Program-made: the position numbers and the translations under genes | Notes under the pieces: model-generated | Told to the model about the DNA's origin: nothing | Databases searched by the model: none | Seen by the model: only the letters and a program-made list of their open reading frames with translations | Shown here: piece by piece, positions 1 to 8,780 of the stretch | Layout: each line of letters starts with the position of its first letter | How positions within the stretch are numbered: position 1 is the first letter of the stretch | Assembly (NCBI GenBank): GCA_963663165.1 | Contig: OY760175.1 | Span: 3,616,001-3,680,000, forward strand | Length of the DNA stretch: 64,000 nt | DNA from: an uncultured Desulfospira sp. | GTDB lineage: Bacteria; Desulfobacterota; Desulfobacteria; Desulfobacterales; Desulfobacteraceae | Direction: 5' to 3'

Positions 1-2209
1 AACGGTGAAGGGGCGTGCCCAAGGTATCCCTGTGGGTATTCCGGGTCAGCCGGTTTACATTGACGCCCTGAACCTTCCCTTCAAAGGTATAGCCGAAACC
101 ATGGGGGATCAAGACCAGTCCCGGGGCCGTCATTTCAGTGATTTCGACTTCCAGAACGGCGGTTCCGGCTTCTGTGGTGATTTTTGCCGGGCTGCCGTCT
201 GAAAGATTCAGGTTTTCGGCATCCAACGGGTTCATTGCGATTGTGCAGTCCCGTTTGCCTTTATTCCATTGGGGGTTTCGCATCAGGCCGTTGATGTTAT
301 ATTTAAAATGCCGGCCGGCACTGAGGATCAAAGGAAAATCTTTTGAACGCTTAAGGTCCAGGGCTTCCTTTTCAGGCGTCAGGTGTGCCGCGGCTTCGGC
401 CAATTCGGGAATATGAATTTCAAGTTTGCCTGACGGTGTCTTTATGCTTTTCATCGGCGCATCAACGTCGGCTTTTCCCACCCAAAGCCCCTGGGGATTA
501 TCTATCAGGGCCTGGAATAAATCATCCCCCTGGCTCAGGGTCGGTTCAAAGCCAGCCCTTGCGGCCTGCTCACGGAACTTTCCGGGGGCGGTCATCAGCA
601 TCCCCCAAAAGGCCGCCTTGGCAGCACTGTCCCATTCCTTTCCCAGGGTTTTGGCCAGAATGAACGGCATCGCTTTTTGCGCACGGGGCTCGGATGACGC
701 CCAGGCCAAAAGCGCTGCCCCAAAGGCCATACGATCTCCCTTGGCTGCGCTGTATAATTTATCCGGGATTTCGGGAATCAGCCCCAGCCGGTCTGCTATG
801 CGGGTGTGGATCTGAGAGGCTTCCAGGCACTCTCCCGGCGGTGCCGCCAAAGGCCTTCTTAACTGGCAGAAAATTTTCGGATAGGTCCAGGCGAAGAACG
901 TCGTATCCCAGGATTCATAAAAGGACCGGCACGGCAGGACATAGTCTGCCATAGCCGCTGTTTCACTCATGACAATGTCATTGACCACGAGAAGATCCAG
1001 ATGTTTAAATGCGGCTTCATAGGCCCGGGTATCCGGATAAGCCCGCAATGGATTGCAGGCGGAGACATAGACCGCCCTGATCCGCTCAGGATGGTCACTG
1101 AGGATCTCCTCGGGCAGGACTGCCGGGGGAAAAGACCCGGCCGCAGCCGGCGGCATTTTTGTCACTTTCGTCTGCCACACCCTGGGATCTCTTTCGTCTG
1201 CGTGAAACCCCAGCGGCATGACCATCCCGGGAATAAAATTTCCGCCGGTGGTCTGGAACACGCCGCACACAGCCCCCAGAACATACAACAGATAGGAGTT
1301 CAAAGTGGAATGGCGCCCCATGTAAATCCCCAGATCCTGATGAAAGCCCCATGGCGTCCGGGTCATCAGGCGGCAGAGCTCAAGCACAGGATCATATTCA
1401 AGCCGGCACACCCGCAATGCATTCAAAACATCAACATCGGTAAACCAGGACCGAATCTCATTCCATCCGTCTACACAGGTCTCAAGATAATGGGTGTTCT
1501 CCCAGCCCTTTGACAGAATCAAGGCAACCATCGCTTTGATGAGCAGGGCATCGGTTCCCGGGCGCAATGCCAGATGGATGTCCGCAATCCGGGCTGTTTC
1601 ACTTTTCCTCGGGTCAATCACGACAAGGCGCCTGTCCGGGGATCTGGCAATTTTTTTGAGGGTTACGGGGGCACGGGGCATCTGATGGCTCTCCATGCCG
1701 TTCCAGCCCCAGGCCACCAGCATCTGCGTGTTGTCCTCATCGGGGATGCTGATGTTATACTGCTTTCCCATGACCCGGCCGGCCACCCACCAGGCACCTG
1801 AAAATTCCTGCCCTGTGGATGAATAATAATATTGGGAGCCCATTCCCCGCAGCAGGCCAAGCCCTAATCCAGCCTCCATGTGCCCTCCCTGGGAGCTTCC
1901 GCCCATATAGGCCAGAGTCCGTGGGCCGTATAAATCCACAGCCGTTTTCATCTTATCTGCAATTTCTGCAACTGCCTGGTCCCATGAAATTTTCTTAAAT
2001 TTCCCCTTCACTTTTTTTAACGGATGGGTGAGCCTGTCTTTCTGGTATTGATGGTACAGGACATTCAGCCCTTTTCTGCAGGCATAGCCCAGGCTTCTGG
2101 GGTTCTCTTTGTCCGGAACAACCTTGACCATTCTGCCGTTTTCAACAAGAATTTTTAACCCGCAATTCTGGGCGCATAATACGCACCCTGTCTGATACCA
2201 GGTTCCCAT
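1..2209 (-). CDS. Molybdopterin-dependent oxidoreductase (DMSO reductase superfamily) catalytic subunit; 3' end beyond the window edge
   Basis: Not in the ORF track because there is no stop in the window. Manual translation from ATG at 2209 (RBS AAGGAGG) gives MGTWYQTGCVLCAQNCG...GYACRKG (4Fe-4S CxxCxxxC...C), 'RLVVIDPRKSETARIADIHLALRPGTD', 'ADYVLP', and a C-terminal 'IAMNPLDAENLNLSDG...LIPHGFG' dinucleotide-binding domain. Frame is open to position 1. Confidence 0.92.
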   Translation of the reverse strand, partial: MGTWYQTGCVLCAQNCGLKILVENGRMVKVVPDKENPRSLGYACRKGLNVLYHQYQKDRLTHPLKKVKGKFKKISWDQAVAEIADKMKTAVDLYGPRTLAYMGGSSQGGHMEAGLGLGLLRGMGSQYYYSSTGQEFSGAWWVAGRVMGKQYNISIPDEDNTQMLVAWGWNGMESHQMPRAPVTLKKIARSPDRRLVVIDPRKSETARIADIHLALRPGTDALLIKAMVALILSKGWENTHYLETCVDGWNEIRSWFTDVDVLNALRVCRLEYDPVLELCRLMTRTPWGFHQDLGIYMGRHSTLNSYLLYVLGAVCGVFQTTGGNFIPGMVMPLGFHADERDPRVWQTKVTKMPPAAAGSFPPAVLPEEILSDHPERIRAVYVSACNPLRAYPDTRAYEAAFKHLDLLVVNDIVMSETAAMADYVLPCRSFYESWDTTFFAWTYPKIFCQLRRPLAAPPGECLEASQIHTRIADRLGLIPEIPDKLYSAAKGDRMAFGAALLAWASSEPRAQKAMPFILAKTLGKEWDSAAKAAFWGMLMTAPGKFREQAARAGFEPTLSQGDDLFQALIDNPQGLWVGKADVDAPMKSIKTPSGKLEIHIPELAEAAAHLTPEKEALDLKRSKDFPLILSAGRHFKYNINGLMRNPQWNKGKRDCTIAMNPLDAENLNLSDGSPAKITTEAGTAVLEVEITEMTAPGLVLIPHGFGYTFEGKVQGVNVNRLTRNTHRDTLGTPLHR

Positions 2210-2220
2210 ATTGCCTCCTT

Positions 2221-2565
2221 TTAAATATGTCTTCTTTCCTGTGCCGTGGCCAGATCGGTCTCACCTGTATTTTTAAGGGAAAGCGTCGGGATCATCACCT
2301 CCCTTGCCGGCCGTCTCATGCTCTTTTCTGCAAATACAGTAACCGACAGCCGTTTCTTTTGATCGGCAATCATTTTTTTTGCCGTCTCATAAGGGAAGGT
2401 TGCCGGTTCAGCCGTTCCCTGCCGTGAGACCGGAATACCCCGCAGCGGCTGTGTTTTATGGCTGACCCGGCGGTTTCCCATGAAATGCGTCAGGAATTCA
2501 TTTGACGGGAATCCGGAAGGGGGATTGTCAAGGTGGCGGGCCGGTTTTTCATACAGGTCTGTCAT
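2221..2565 (-). pseudogene. Degenerate remnant of a 4Fe-4S dicluster (ferredoxin-like) protein
   Basis: MTDLYEKPARHLDNPPSGFP and TQPLRGIPVSRQ...FPYETAKKMI resemble two separate blocks of the deltaproteobacterial 'xxVYEKLAxHLDxLPxGFP...LRxIPV...PYE' Fe-S proteins. The intervening sequence and all Cys motifs are missing. Confidence 0.55.
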
Positions 2566-2708
2566 TGAAACATGCGCCTCTTGTTTCAGGGTTGGAAGAG
2601 ACTTTCTGCCTATGGTCAACAGGAATATTAGCGGTTGCAAATTAAAAACAACAGTGTCATAAATGACAAATAATATGCGATATAGGACTTTTCAAGGAGA
2701 ATCCCCCC

Positions 2709-3686
2709 ATGGTCAATATCAGTTTATGGATTACAGACGGGTGCATGGCATCTTCGGCGCTGACAATCATGGACGTCTTCAGCATAGCAAATCTGTGGCA
2801 AGCGCATTTGACAAAGGGAAATGAGCCGGCACTGTTTTCGCCCTCTCTTGTGAGCACCCGCGGAGAACCGGTTACGGCCCGGGGCAACATCCGGATAGCC
2901 CCCCACCGTGCCATCGGTGATATAGAACAGACAGACTGTGTCATCATATCGCCCATCCTGCCGGAATTGGGGCCCCCCGCTGACAATTTGAAATCATTTT
3001 TTCAATGGTTAAAAAAAATGAGGGCCGGGGGGGCATTCATTGCCTCGGTTTGCACCGGAAGTTTTATTTTGGCCCAAAGCGGCCTTCTGGACGGGAAAAA
3101 GGCAACGACCAACTGGCAGTTTGCCGCTTTATTTCAACGTTCTTTTCCCGGGATTACCCTTGTCAGCGAGGATATCCTGGTGGAAGACGATAATATTATG
3201 AGCACCGGAGCCGCAACAGCGGTCAACAACCTTGCCATTTATTTGATCAGGCGGTTCGGATCTGCCAAGCTTGCCCGGGTCTGTGCCAAAGCCCTGCTTG
3301 TGGACCTGAACCGCCGCACACAATCGGCGTATGCCGTTTCAATCCCTTCCCGGTCCCACGGCGATGCCCAGGTTCTGAAGGCGCAGAAAGCGATCGAAAA
3401 AAATTATGCCGCCATTGACAGTGTTGATGAAATTGCAAAAGACATCGGGATAAGTCCCAGGCATTTTAAAAGAAGGTTTAAAAGCGCAACCGGAGATATG
3501 CCTTTAAAATATCTTCAAAAAACCCGAATCGAGGCGGCCAAGGAACTGCTCGAAACAACGGATAAAAATTTTGGAGAAATCACTTTAGAGGTCGGGTACC
3601 AGGATATCAGTTCATTTTGCCGCCTGTTTAAACAGCATACCCAAATCTCACCCAAAGCCTACAGGGAAAAATTTTTAACCATCTGA
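2709..3686 (+). CDS. GlxA-family AraC transcriptional regulator (DJ-1/PfpI amidase-like domain + HTH)
   Basis: 'IASVCTGSFILAQSGLLDGKKATTNW' and AraC C-terminus 'ISPRHFKRRFK...EVGYQDISSFCRLFKQHTQISPKAYRE'. RBS AAGGAGA. Confidence 0.93.
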   Translation: MVNISLWITDGCMASSALTIMDVFSIANLWQAHLTKGNEPALFSPSLVSTRGEPVTARGNIRIAPHRAIGDIEQTDCVIISPILPELGPPADNLKSFFQWLKKMRAGGAFIASVCTGSFILAQSGLLDGKKATTNWQFAALFQRSFPGITLVSEDILVEDDNIMSTGAATAVNNLAIYLIRRFGSAKLARVCAKALLVDLNRRTQSAYAVSIPSRSHGDAQVLKAQKAIEKNYAAIDSVDEIAKDIGISPRHFKRRFKSATGDMPLKYLQKTRIEAAKELLETTDKNFGEITLEVGYQDISSFCRLFKQHTQISPKAYREKFLTI

Positions 3687-3797
3687 TTCCGTTAACGGCC
3701 ACGGACCGTCTTATAGAACACGGGCAGACGGTCAGGGCGGATGAGAATATCGCCCCGGGAATCATACCAAAGGTCTTTTAACGCGGTGCCCTTGCAT

Positions 3798-4442
3798 TTA
3801 CCCCTTCCCCGTCAGGGCGCACAGTTCAAGAGCCCTGGACAGATGGGCAGCAGCGGTTTTCATGCCGGCCTCATCCTCTTTTACGCCCAGACGCACCTCC
3901 GGGTCAAACCGCCCCTGCCCGTGGCGGCTGCTCACGGCAGATGCCCCTAAGGGGCTGATGCAGGCATGGCTGGTCGCCGGAATCATATCCAGGGTGATAA
4001 AGGCCAGGATGTGGGACAGATGGGTGGTCTCCATCCCGCCGTGCCGAAGCCAGGAAACAGCGGCGCTGATGCCGATCTTGTTTTTCAGCTTGCCGCCGGC
4101 CTCATTGCCGAAGATAAACAGTCTTAAACGATCAATGAATGTGGCCATCATGCCGCTGGTCCTCATGAAATAGACCGGGCTTGAAAAAACGATGATATCG
4201 GCGCTCTCAAGGGCCTCAAATGCGATTTGGGCGTCATCTTTCAGGGCGCAGTACCTGCCCTTTTGTTGTTTTTTCAGACAAAAATTGCAGTGGATGCAGT
4301 TTTTGATATTCAATTCGGACAGGTGAAGGGTCTCTGTCTCAAGGCCCTTTTCTTTTGCAAGATCCATTATGGTTCCAACAAAGGTATCTGCATTTCCGTT
4401 TTTAACAGGGCTTGCGGACACTGCAACGATTTTAATCGACAT
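3798..4442 (-). CDS. Flavodoxin family / iron-sulfur flavoprotein (NADPH-dependent FMN reductase fold)
   Basis: ASPVKNGNAD, CIHCNFC...C, 'ADIIVFSSPVYF', 'MATFIDRL'. Start moved to ATG 4442 (RBS AGGAG). Confidence 0.9.
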   Translation of the reverse strand: MSIKIVAVSASPVKNGNADTFVGTIMDLAKEKGLETETLHLSELNIKNCIHCNFCLKKQQKGRYCALKDDAQIAFEALESADIIVFSSPVYFMRTSGMMATFIDRLRLFIFGNEAGGKLKNKIGISAAVSWLRHGGMETTHLSHILAFITLDMIPATSHACISPLGASAVSSRHGQGRFDPEVRLGVKEDEAGMKTAAAHLSRALELCALTGKG

Positions 4443-4444
4443 AT

Positions 4445-4693
4445 TCACTCCTGTTGACTGAATTGATCCAGCCGGGTTAAAAAATTTTTCATGGTGGACC
4501 ATTCTTCCTTTGAAAAACAGTCTATAAATTTCTGGTTTGTTGATTCAAAAAGGGCTTGAATCTCTTTTTTGCAGGCACGGCCGTGGGGTGTTAAAAAAAT
4601 TCGCAAAGATCTTCGATCCCCCTGGTCGGCCCGGCGCTCAATCCACCCGTCCTTTTCCAGCCGGTCCAGAAGCCCTGTGATCGTGGCCCGGAT
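4445..4693 (-). pseudogene. 5'-truncated MarR-family regulator
   Basis: Manual translation: IRATITGLLDRLEKDGWIERRADQGDRRSLRIFLTPHGR...FLTRLDQFSQQE*, a MarR recognition helix and wing (DRR motif). In-frame TGA four codons upstream, no start codon, N-terminal half absent. Its stop abuts the flavodoxin start. Confidence 0.85.
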
Positions 4694-4851
4694 TTTTAAT
4701 TTTCAGGGAAAACACCAAAAAAAAATGTCAGGGCCGGACCGCCCTTGGCTTTGGGGACCAGGGCAATCGCATGTAACTTTCCCACAGTTTAAGCTTACCG
4801 AATGCAATTTCAGTGCGCAGCACTGAAACTAAAGTGTTCCTCTGTTTTTAT

Positions 4852-4928
4852 ATTCTCACGCTAAGGCGCAAAGAATACTATTGCCCAAGGGAAGTTAAGC
4901 TTTGCGCCGTTGCGCCTTTGCGAGAGTT
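4852..4928. repeat. REP-like palindromic intergenic element
   Basis: CTCACGCTAAGGCGCAAAG ... CTTTGCGCCGTTGCGCCTTTGCGAGAG imperfect inverted repeat. Confidence 0.6.
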
Positions 4929-5010
4929 TTTTTAAAGCGTTGCCCACCATTGTCCATATAACATGTTGTTTGTGAGGGGTAAATCAAACAGGGCCATGCT
5001 AACTACCGGC

Positions 5011-5072
5011 TTGGGACTTGGGGAGGCCACGGACGCTGCAATCCCCAAGTCCCAAGCCCCATATCCCAAATC
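5011..5072. repeat. Inverted short heptamer-like repeats (TTGGGAC / GTCCCAA)
   Basis: ttgggacttgggga ... tccccaagtcccaagccccatatcccaaat. Confidence 0.5.
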
Positions 5073-5176
5073 CATTTTATTGGAGTTATTTCCCCCAGAA
5101 TAAGCTTAATAAGATTTTAAGCTTTTGGAGCTGGGTAGCACAGAGGTTTGGCTTACGCCAAACCTCACAGATGGGC

Positions 5177-5490
5177 GGACGCCGACAGTCTGGCCACCTG
5201 GTTTCCCCGGGCGGTGGCCCCCATGCTGGCGGACGGAAAACTGCTGCTGGACATCCGGGTGGATGACCAGGAGCAGACCCACCGGTTTCTCAAGAACGGA
5301 TCTGTGTGCGGCTGCATCAGCACCCTTGACCGGGCACTGCAAGGATGCAGGGTCTTTGAAATCGGCACCATGGCGTACCAGATGCTGTCTACCCCGGCGT
5401 TTGCCGACAGGTGGTTCCGGGAGGGGGTCACTTTGAAAACGGTATCCATGGCACCTGCCGTGATTTTCAACCGGAAGTGATGACCTGTTT
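5177..5490 (+). pseudogene. argP: Internal fragment of an ArgP/LysG-type LysR regulator
   Basis: ADSLATWF...LLLDIRVDDQEQT...GSVCGCIS...PAVIFNRK. No HTH. An extra T (AAG-T-GAT-GAC-CTG) breaks the conserved FNRKDDL motif, and the remainder is lost. Confidence 0.8.
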
Positions 5491-5544
5491 TAAGATGCTT
5501 TCGGCCTCAGAAAGGCTTGCGGTGATCTCTCCCCGGCCGGAAGG

Positions 5545-5910
5545 CTACAGCTTGCCCCTGAGCAGGTCAGCCAGCCCTGCAAAGGCTTTAACCTTGCCGC
5601 CGCCCGACGGGCCGGAAGAGGCATCATCGGCATAGGCATCCGCCACCTGGTCCCGGGCATGTTCATTGTCGTGGCAGTAAAGGCACAAAAGCTCCCAGTT
5701 GCTGCCGTCAGCCGGATTGTTGTCATGGTTGTGGTCCTTATGGTGGACCGTAAGCTCCCTGAGACGGCTGCTTTCAAATTCCCGTCCGCAATGGGCACAC
5801 ACCCAGGGAAACATTTTCAGGGCGCGCTCACGGTAGCTTTTTTCTCTTTCCCGCTGGCTTTGAAGCGCCTGCTCAAGCATTTTACCGGTATCTTTTTTTG
5901 GGGATTTCAT
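5545..5910 (-). CDS. yajD: YajD-family HNH nuclease
   Basis: YRERALKMFPWVCAHCGREF...LRELTVHHKDHNHDNNPADGSNWELLCLYCHDNEH. Confidence 0.92.
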   Translation of the reverse strand: MKSPKKDTGKMLEQALQSQREREKSYRERALKMFPWVCAHCGREFESSRLRELTVHHKDHNHDNNPADGSNWELLCLYCHDNEHARDQVADAYADDASSGPSGGGKVKAFAGLADLLRGKL

Positions 5911-5942
5911 GGGTTCATGGCTCCATCGATGTCTGATTTTTA

Positions 5943-6032
5943 CAACCGTCACGGGCGGCTTGGATTATCCAGCCAAGCACCGCCCACAACACACATTGAA
6001 AACTTTCTCAGAACCTTAGTAAAATTTTCATA
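5943..6032 (+). repeat. Dispersed ~90-bp structured intergenic repeat, copy 1
   Basis: CACGGGCGGCTTGGATTATCCAGCCAAGCACCGCCCACAACA...GAAAACTTTCTCAGAACCTTAGTAAAATTTTC aligns with 12561-12650 and 35132-35224. Confidence 0.8.
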
Positions 6033-6035
6033 CAA

Positions 6036-6148
6036 CCGTCAAGGAGGCCAAAATCGGACGGGCCGTGATGGATGCGGATGTATTTATCAGCCTGACCCAT
6101 TTCAAGGGCCACGAGGTCACCGGTTTTGGCGGTGCCAACAAAAATTTT
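6036..6148 (+). pseudogene. Short internal fragment of a DUF362 Fe-S protein
   Basis: VKEAKIGRAVMDADVFISLTHFKGHEVTGFGGANKN matches the DUF362 motif (LTHFKGHExxGFGGAxKN). Similarity stops abruptly on both sides. Confidence 0.75.
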
Positions 6149-6490
6149 CGCATATTCTGGGGGCTCATCAATTTCAGCAATTTCGGTAGCCGGAATTTCT
6201 GGAGTGATTGCCTTGGGGATTTCAACTTTAAACTGAGGAACCTTTTTTTACTAATGTTACGGTTCCTTGCAATATCATACGCCTTAATTCTACCTGAATT
6301 CCTAAAAAGCACACCTTTATCTAAAATTATCAGCCACACAATACTTTTGTTATTGAATGCTGATTCTAAATCGGCCCGGACTGAAAAAATCCGGCCCGCC
6401 GCAGTAAGCATATGCTGCAGCAGGCCGGAGAGTTGTGGTTAAATTTTCAGTATTCACCCCGTCTGGAAAATAAATTCAGACGGGTAGCCA

Positions 6491-8098
6491 TCAGGCTTTG
6501 ATCTTTCTTCTCATGCCGGCAAGGCCGAGAAGGCCGGCACCCAGAAGGCAGAATGCGCCGGGAACCGGCACGGATGAGGCAGCGGTGACGGCATAGCTGC
6601 CCAGCTCTGTGGCGGTAAAACTTGCATAGGTGCCGCTAAAATTAAGGTCTTCGGCATCGTATTCAACCCAGGTACCATCATTAAGATACCAGACAGTCAG
6701 ATCCGAAAGGTTCACGTCTGCGTCTGCGTAAAGAGAAAGATAAACAGGGCTCTCTTCGCTGACCGTGTACCCTTCGGTGGAAAACACCCAGGCGGACAGA
6801 AGCTCGTAATCGCCTCCGGCAAGGGCTGTTTCAAGCCCGGTCAGATCTGTCCCGCTCAATGCGGCTGCAGTGAAACTGATTTCAGTGGAAGCGGTTGCGG
6901 CAAGAAAGCCTGCACCCGCAGACATACCGGTGCTGCTGTCCGTGATCAGGGCCCGCTGCCGGGAAGACAGATCAAGGGAGACAGTGTCACTGCCGGCAGC
7001 ATTTGTTACGGCATCATACACGGTGACCGTATTGGTAGCGGCATCCAGGACCCCGCCCAGGGCCAGGATTGTGCCCTCGCCGGTAAGGGTTCCATATGTC
7101 AGTGGATTGTAGGAACCGGAAGTGGCGGAAGCCCCGGCCACCAGGCGTAAAGTCCCGTTGTTGGTAATGGTGCCGTCGGAGCCCGCGGAAAGGGAGCTGT
7201 TCACATCAACGGTGGCAGCCGAACTGCTGTTGATGCTGACGGTGCCGGCAGTTACCGCACCGCCGTTGGCAACGGTCAGGCTGCTTTGGCCGTTATAGCC
7301 GACATAAAGTTTGTTGTCTGTACCAAGCGATGACCCTTCCCCGTCAATGGTCGCACGGGTGGTGGATCCGGATGCGTATCCAAGATAGACAACAGAATCA
7401 CTTGCCGTCGTTGCGACGGAACCGCCGTTAGTAATGAAAATCGAAGCCGCACCGGTGCTTTGGGAACCGGTATATAAAAGTCTGGAGATCTCCCATGAGG
7501 AGCCTTCACCGTCAATGATTGCGGTGGCGTCTGAAACCTCACCCAGATATGCAAGGCTGCTTGTCATCGAGCCGCCGTCTAAAATACTGATCTGTGCAGA
7601 CGTATCAACTTTGTGAGCCGCATAAAAAGGAGAGCTGCTCGAAAATGAGGAACCCGCCCCGGAGATGGTCAATGCGGCAGCGGCTCCCTCGTAGCATGCC
7701 AGGTATGTTGTAGCTCCTTGCGTTACGGTGGCCCCGTCGGTGATATTTAAATATCCGTTGCCGTACCGCCCGATAAACATTGTTCCACTGCTGGTCAATG
7801 AGGAACCGGATCCATCCACGTTAATCGTCCCCTCGCTGCCGGCCTCATAGCCGAAGTAGGCTTTGCTGACTGCCATGGTACTACCGTTGTTGATGGTGAC
7901 AGACCCTTCATCGGAATATCCGATGTACGCTTTAGTAGAAGATGTCCAGGTGGCAGGATCGTCCGGATAGACGTCTCCCGTGTACAAAATATCTGCCTGA
8001 ACAGCAGAGGTCATAATAAATAAAGAGGCCAGGATAAGGGCCAGGCCGTTAAATACTTTGGGTAATTTTTTTTGTTTCTTCACTTTCTTTTTCCTCAT
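6491..8098 (-). CDS. Secreted surface protein with T5SS/PEP-CTERM-associated beta-repeats and a VPxP-CTERM exosortase signal
   Basis: Signal peptide; repeats 'G.GS.LT...M.IG.YG.G.LNITDGA.V'; C-terminus VPVPGAFCLLGAGLLGLAGMRRKIKA. Confidence 0.9.
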   Translation of the reverse strand: MRKKKVKKQKKLPKVFNGLALILASLFIMTSAVQADILYTGDVYPDDPATWTSSTKAYIGYSDEGSVTINNGSTMAVSKAYFGYEAGSEGTINVDGSGSSLTSSGTMFIGRYGNGYLNITDGATVTQGATTYLACYEGAAAALTISGAGSSFSSSSPFYAAHKVDTSAQISILDGGSMTSSLAYLGEVSDATAIIDGEGSSWEISRLLYTGSQSTGAASIFITNGGSVATTASDSVVYLGYASGSTTRATIDGEGSSLGTDNKLYVGYNGQSSLTVANGGAVTAGTVSINSSSAATVDVNSSLSAGSDGTITNNGTLRLVAGASATSGSYNPLTYGTLTGEGTILALGGVLDAATNTVTVYDAVTNAAGSDTVSLDLSSRQRALITDSSTGMSAGAGFLAATASTEISFTAAALSGTDLTGLETALAGGDYELLSAWVFSTEGYTVSEESPVYLSLYADADVNLSDLTVWYLNDGTWVEYDAEDLNFSGTYASFTATELGSYAVTAASSVPVPGAFCLLGAGLLGLAGMRRKIKA

Positions 8099-8140
8099 TT
8101 CAATAAATATAGTAAGTTATGGATAAAATATCCCTGGTAA

Positions 8141-8308
8141 TCAATCTGCAAGGGTTGCCTTGTAAGCGGCATACCAGAGATGATAGTCGGCAAGATCAAT
8201 ATCGCCGTCATTGTCAAAATCAGCGGCTTCAATGTATCCGCTGTCACCTTCCCGGGTCTTCAATGCACTGCGCAGAATACGCATGTCAGCCCGGTCCGTA
8301 CAAAGCAT
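8141..8308 (-). pseudogene. Orphan dockerin-like (EF-hand pair) C-terminal remnant
   Basis: Manual translation ...DRADMRILRSALKTREGDSGYIEAADFDNDGDIDLADYHLWYAAYKATLAD* aligns with the C-terminus of 11557-12543 (DRVDAIIIRSAIGSSQGDDAYAEEADYDEDGDVDFADYRQWYKYYKA). First Ca-loop and signal peptide are missing. Confidence 0.78.
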
Positions 8309-8398
8309 CTTGGCGGAGGCATGCGGGTCTTTCTCTTTTTTTTAGATTTAGATACAATTTGCGGGTCGTTGTTCCCTCCTTTTAATCTTTGGCAGTTT

Positions 8399-8440
8399 AA
8401 TAAAAAATCCTGCCGGGTTGATTGTTCATGGCAACCCGGC
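8399..8440 (-). terminator. Intrinsic terminator overlapping the riboswitch aptamer 3' end (expression platform)
   Basis: Minus strand GCCGGGTTG-ccatgaacaat-CAACCCGGC-aggaTTTTTTATT. Confidence 0.75.
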
Positions 8441-8520
8441 GGTCCTGTTTCTTTAATTTGCAAAAGGGGAGGATCCGTGGCTTTCCGGCCCCCGGTTTTC
8501 CGGGGTGTGGCTTTTTCATA
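8425..8520 (-). ncRNA. Cyclic di-GMP-I (GEMM-I) riboswitch
   Basis: Minus strand AAAAGCCACACC-CCGG-AAAA-CCGG-GGGCCGGAAAGCCACGGATCCT...AGGACCGCCGGGTTGCC follows the GEMM-I layout (P2 hairpin, GGGxCGxAAAGCC, P3, GCCGGGUUGCC). Confidence 0.85.
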
Positions 8521-8550
8521 TCAAGTTTGGCTATAACAATTTGTATTTAT

Positions 8551-8578
8551 GAATTCTCGGATTTTTTTGCTGAATGAT
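8551..8578 (-). promoter_or_regulatory. Conserved upstream motif shared by PEP-CTERM gene leaders (copy A)
   Basis: CATTCAGCAAAAAAATCCGAGAAT; related copies at 10293-10340 (+) and 34760-34783 (-). Confidence 0.55.
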
Positions 8579-8599
8579 AAAATTTTTAATTTTCAGGCT

Positions 8600-8780
8600 A
8601 TAGCCTTCCGGCCCGATCCTCCTCGCGATCGCTATCGAAATCGATCATCATTCCTTCCTGTCCCCCTGCTGTATGGCTTAATAAGCATCGCTGCAATTTG
8701 ATCAGCGTCGTTGTCGGGTTTCGGTCCTCCACCCGACGAGTCCGGTCGAAAAGGCGGCTCCTCGGTAGGTCGGGTGCATG
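8600..8780 (-). other. Decayed REP/short-repeat patch, possibly with the 3' tail of a four-helix-bundle gene
   Basis: GTAGGTCGGGTG / GTCGGGTTTCGGTCCTCCACCCGAC palindromes, ATCGCTATCGAAATCGAT repeats, and peptide DQIAAMLIK on the minus strand. Confidence 0.35.

Noticed and set aside
5..1860. Multiple short ORFs in the track
   Set aside because: Shadows of the minus-strand molybdopterin oxidoreductase; no motifs.
6028..6442. ORFs 6028-6411 (-) and 6065-6442 (+) as real genes
   Set aside because: Only the first ~28 codons of the plus ORF match DUF362. The rest is AT-rich sequence with no recognisable family.
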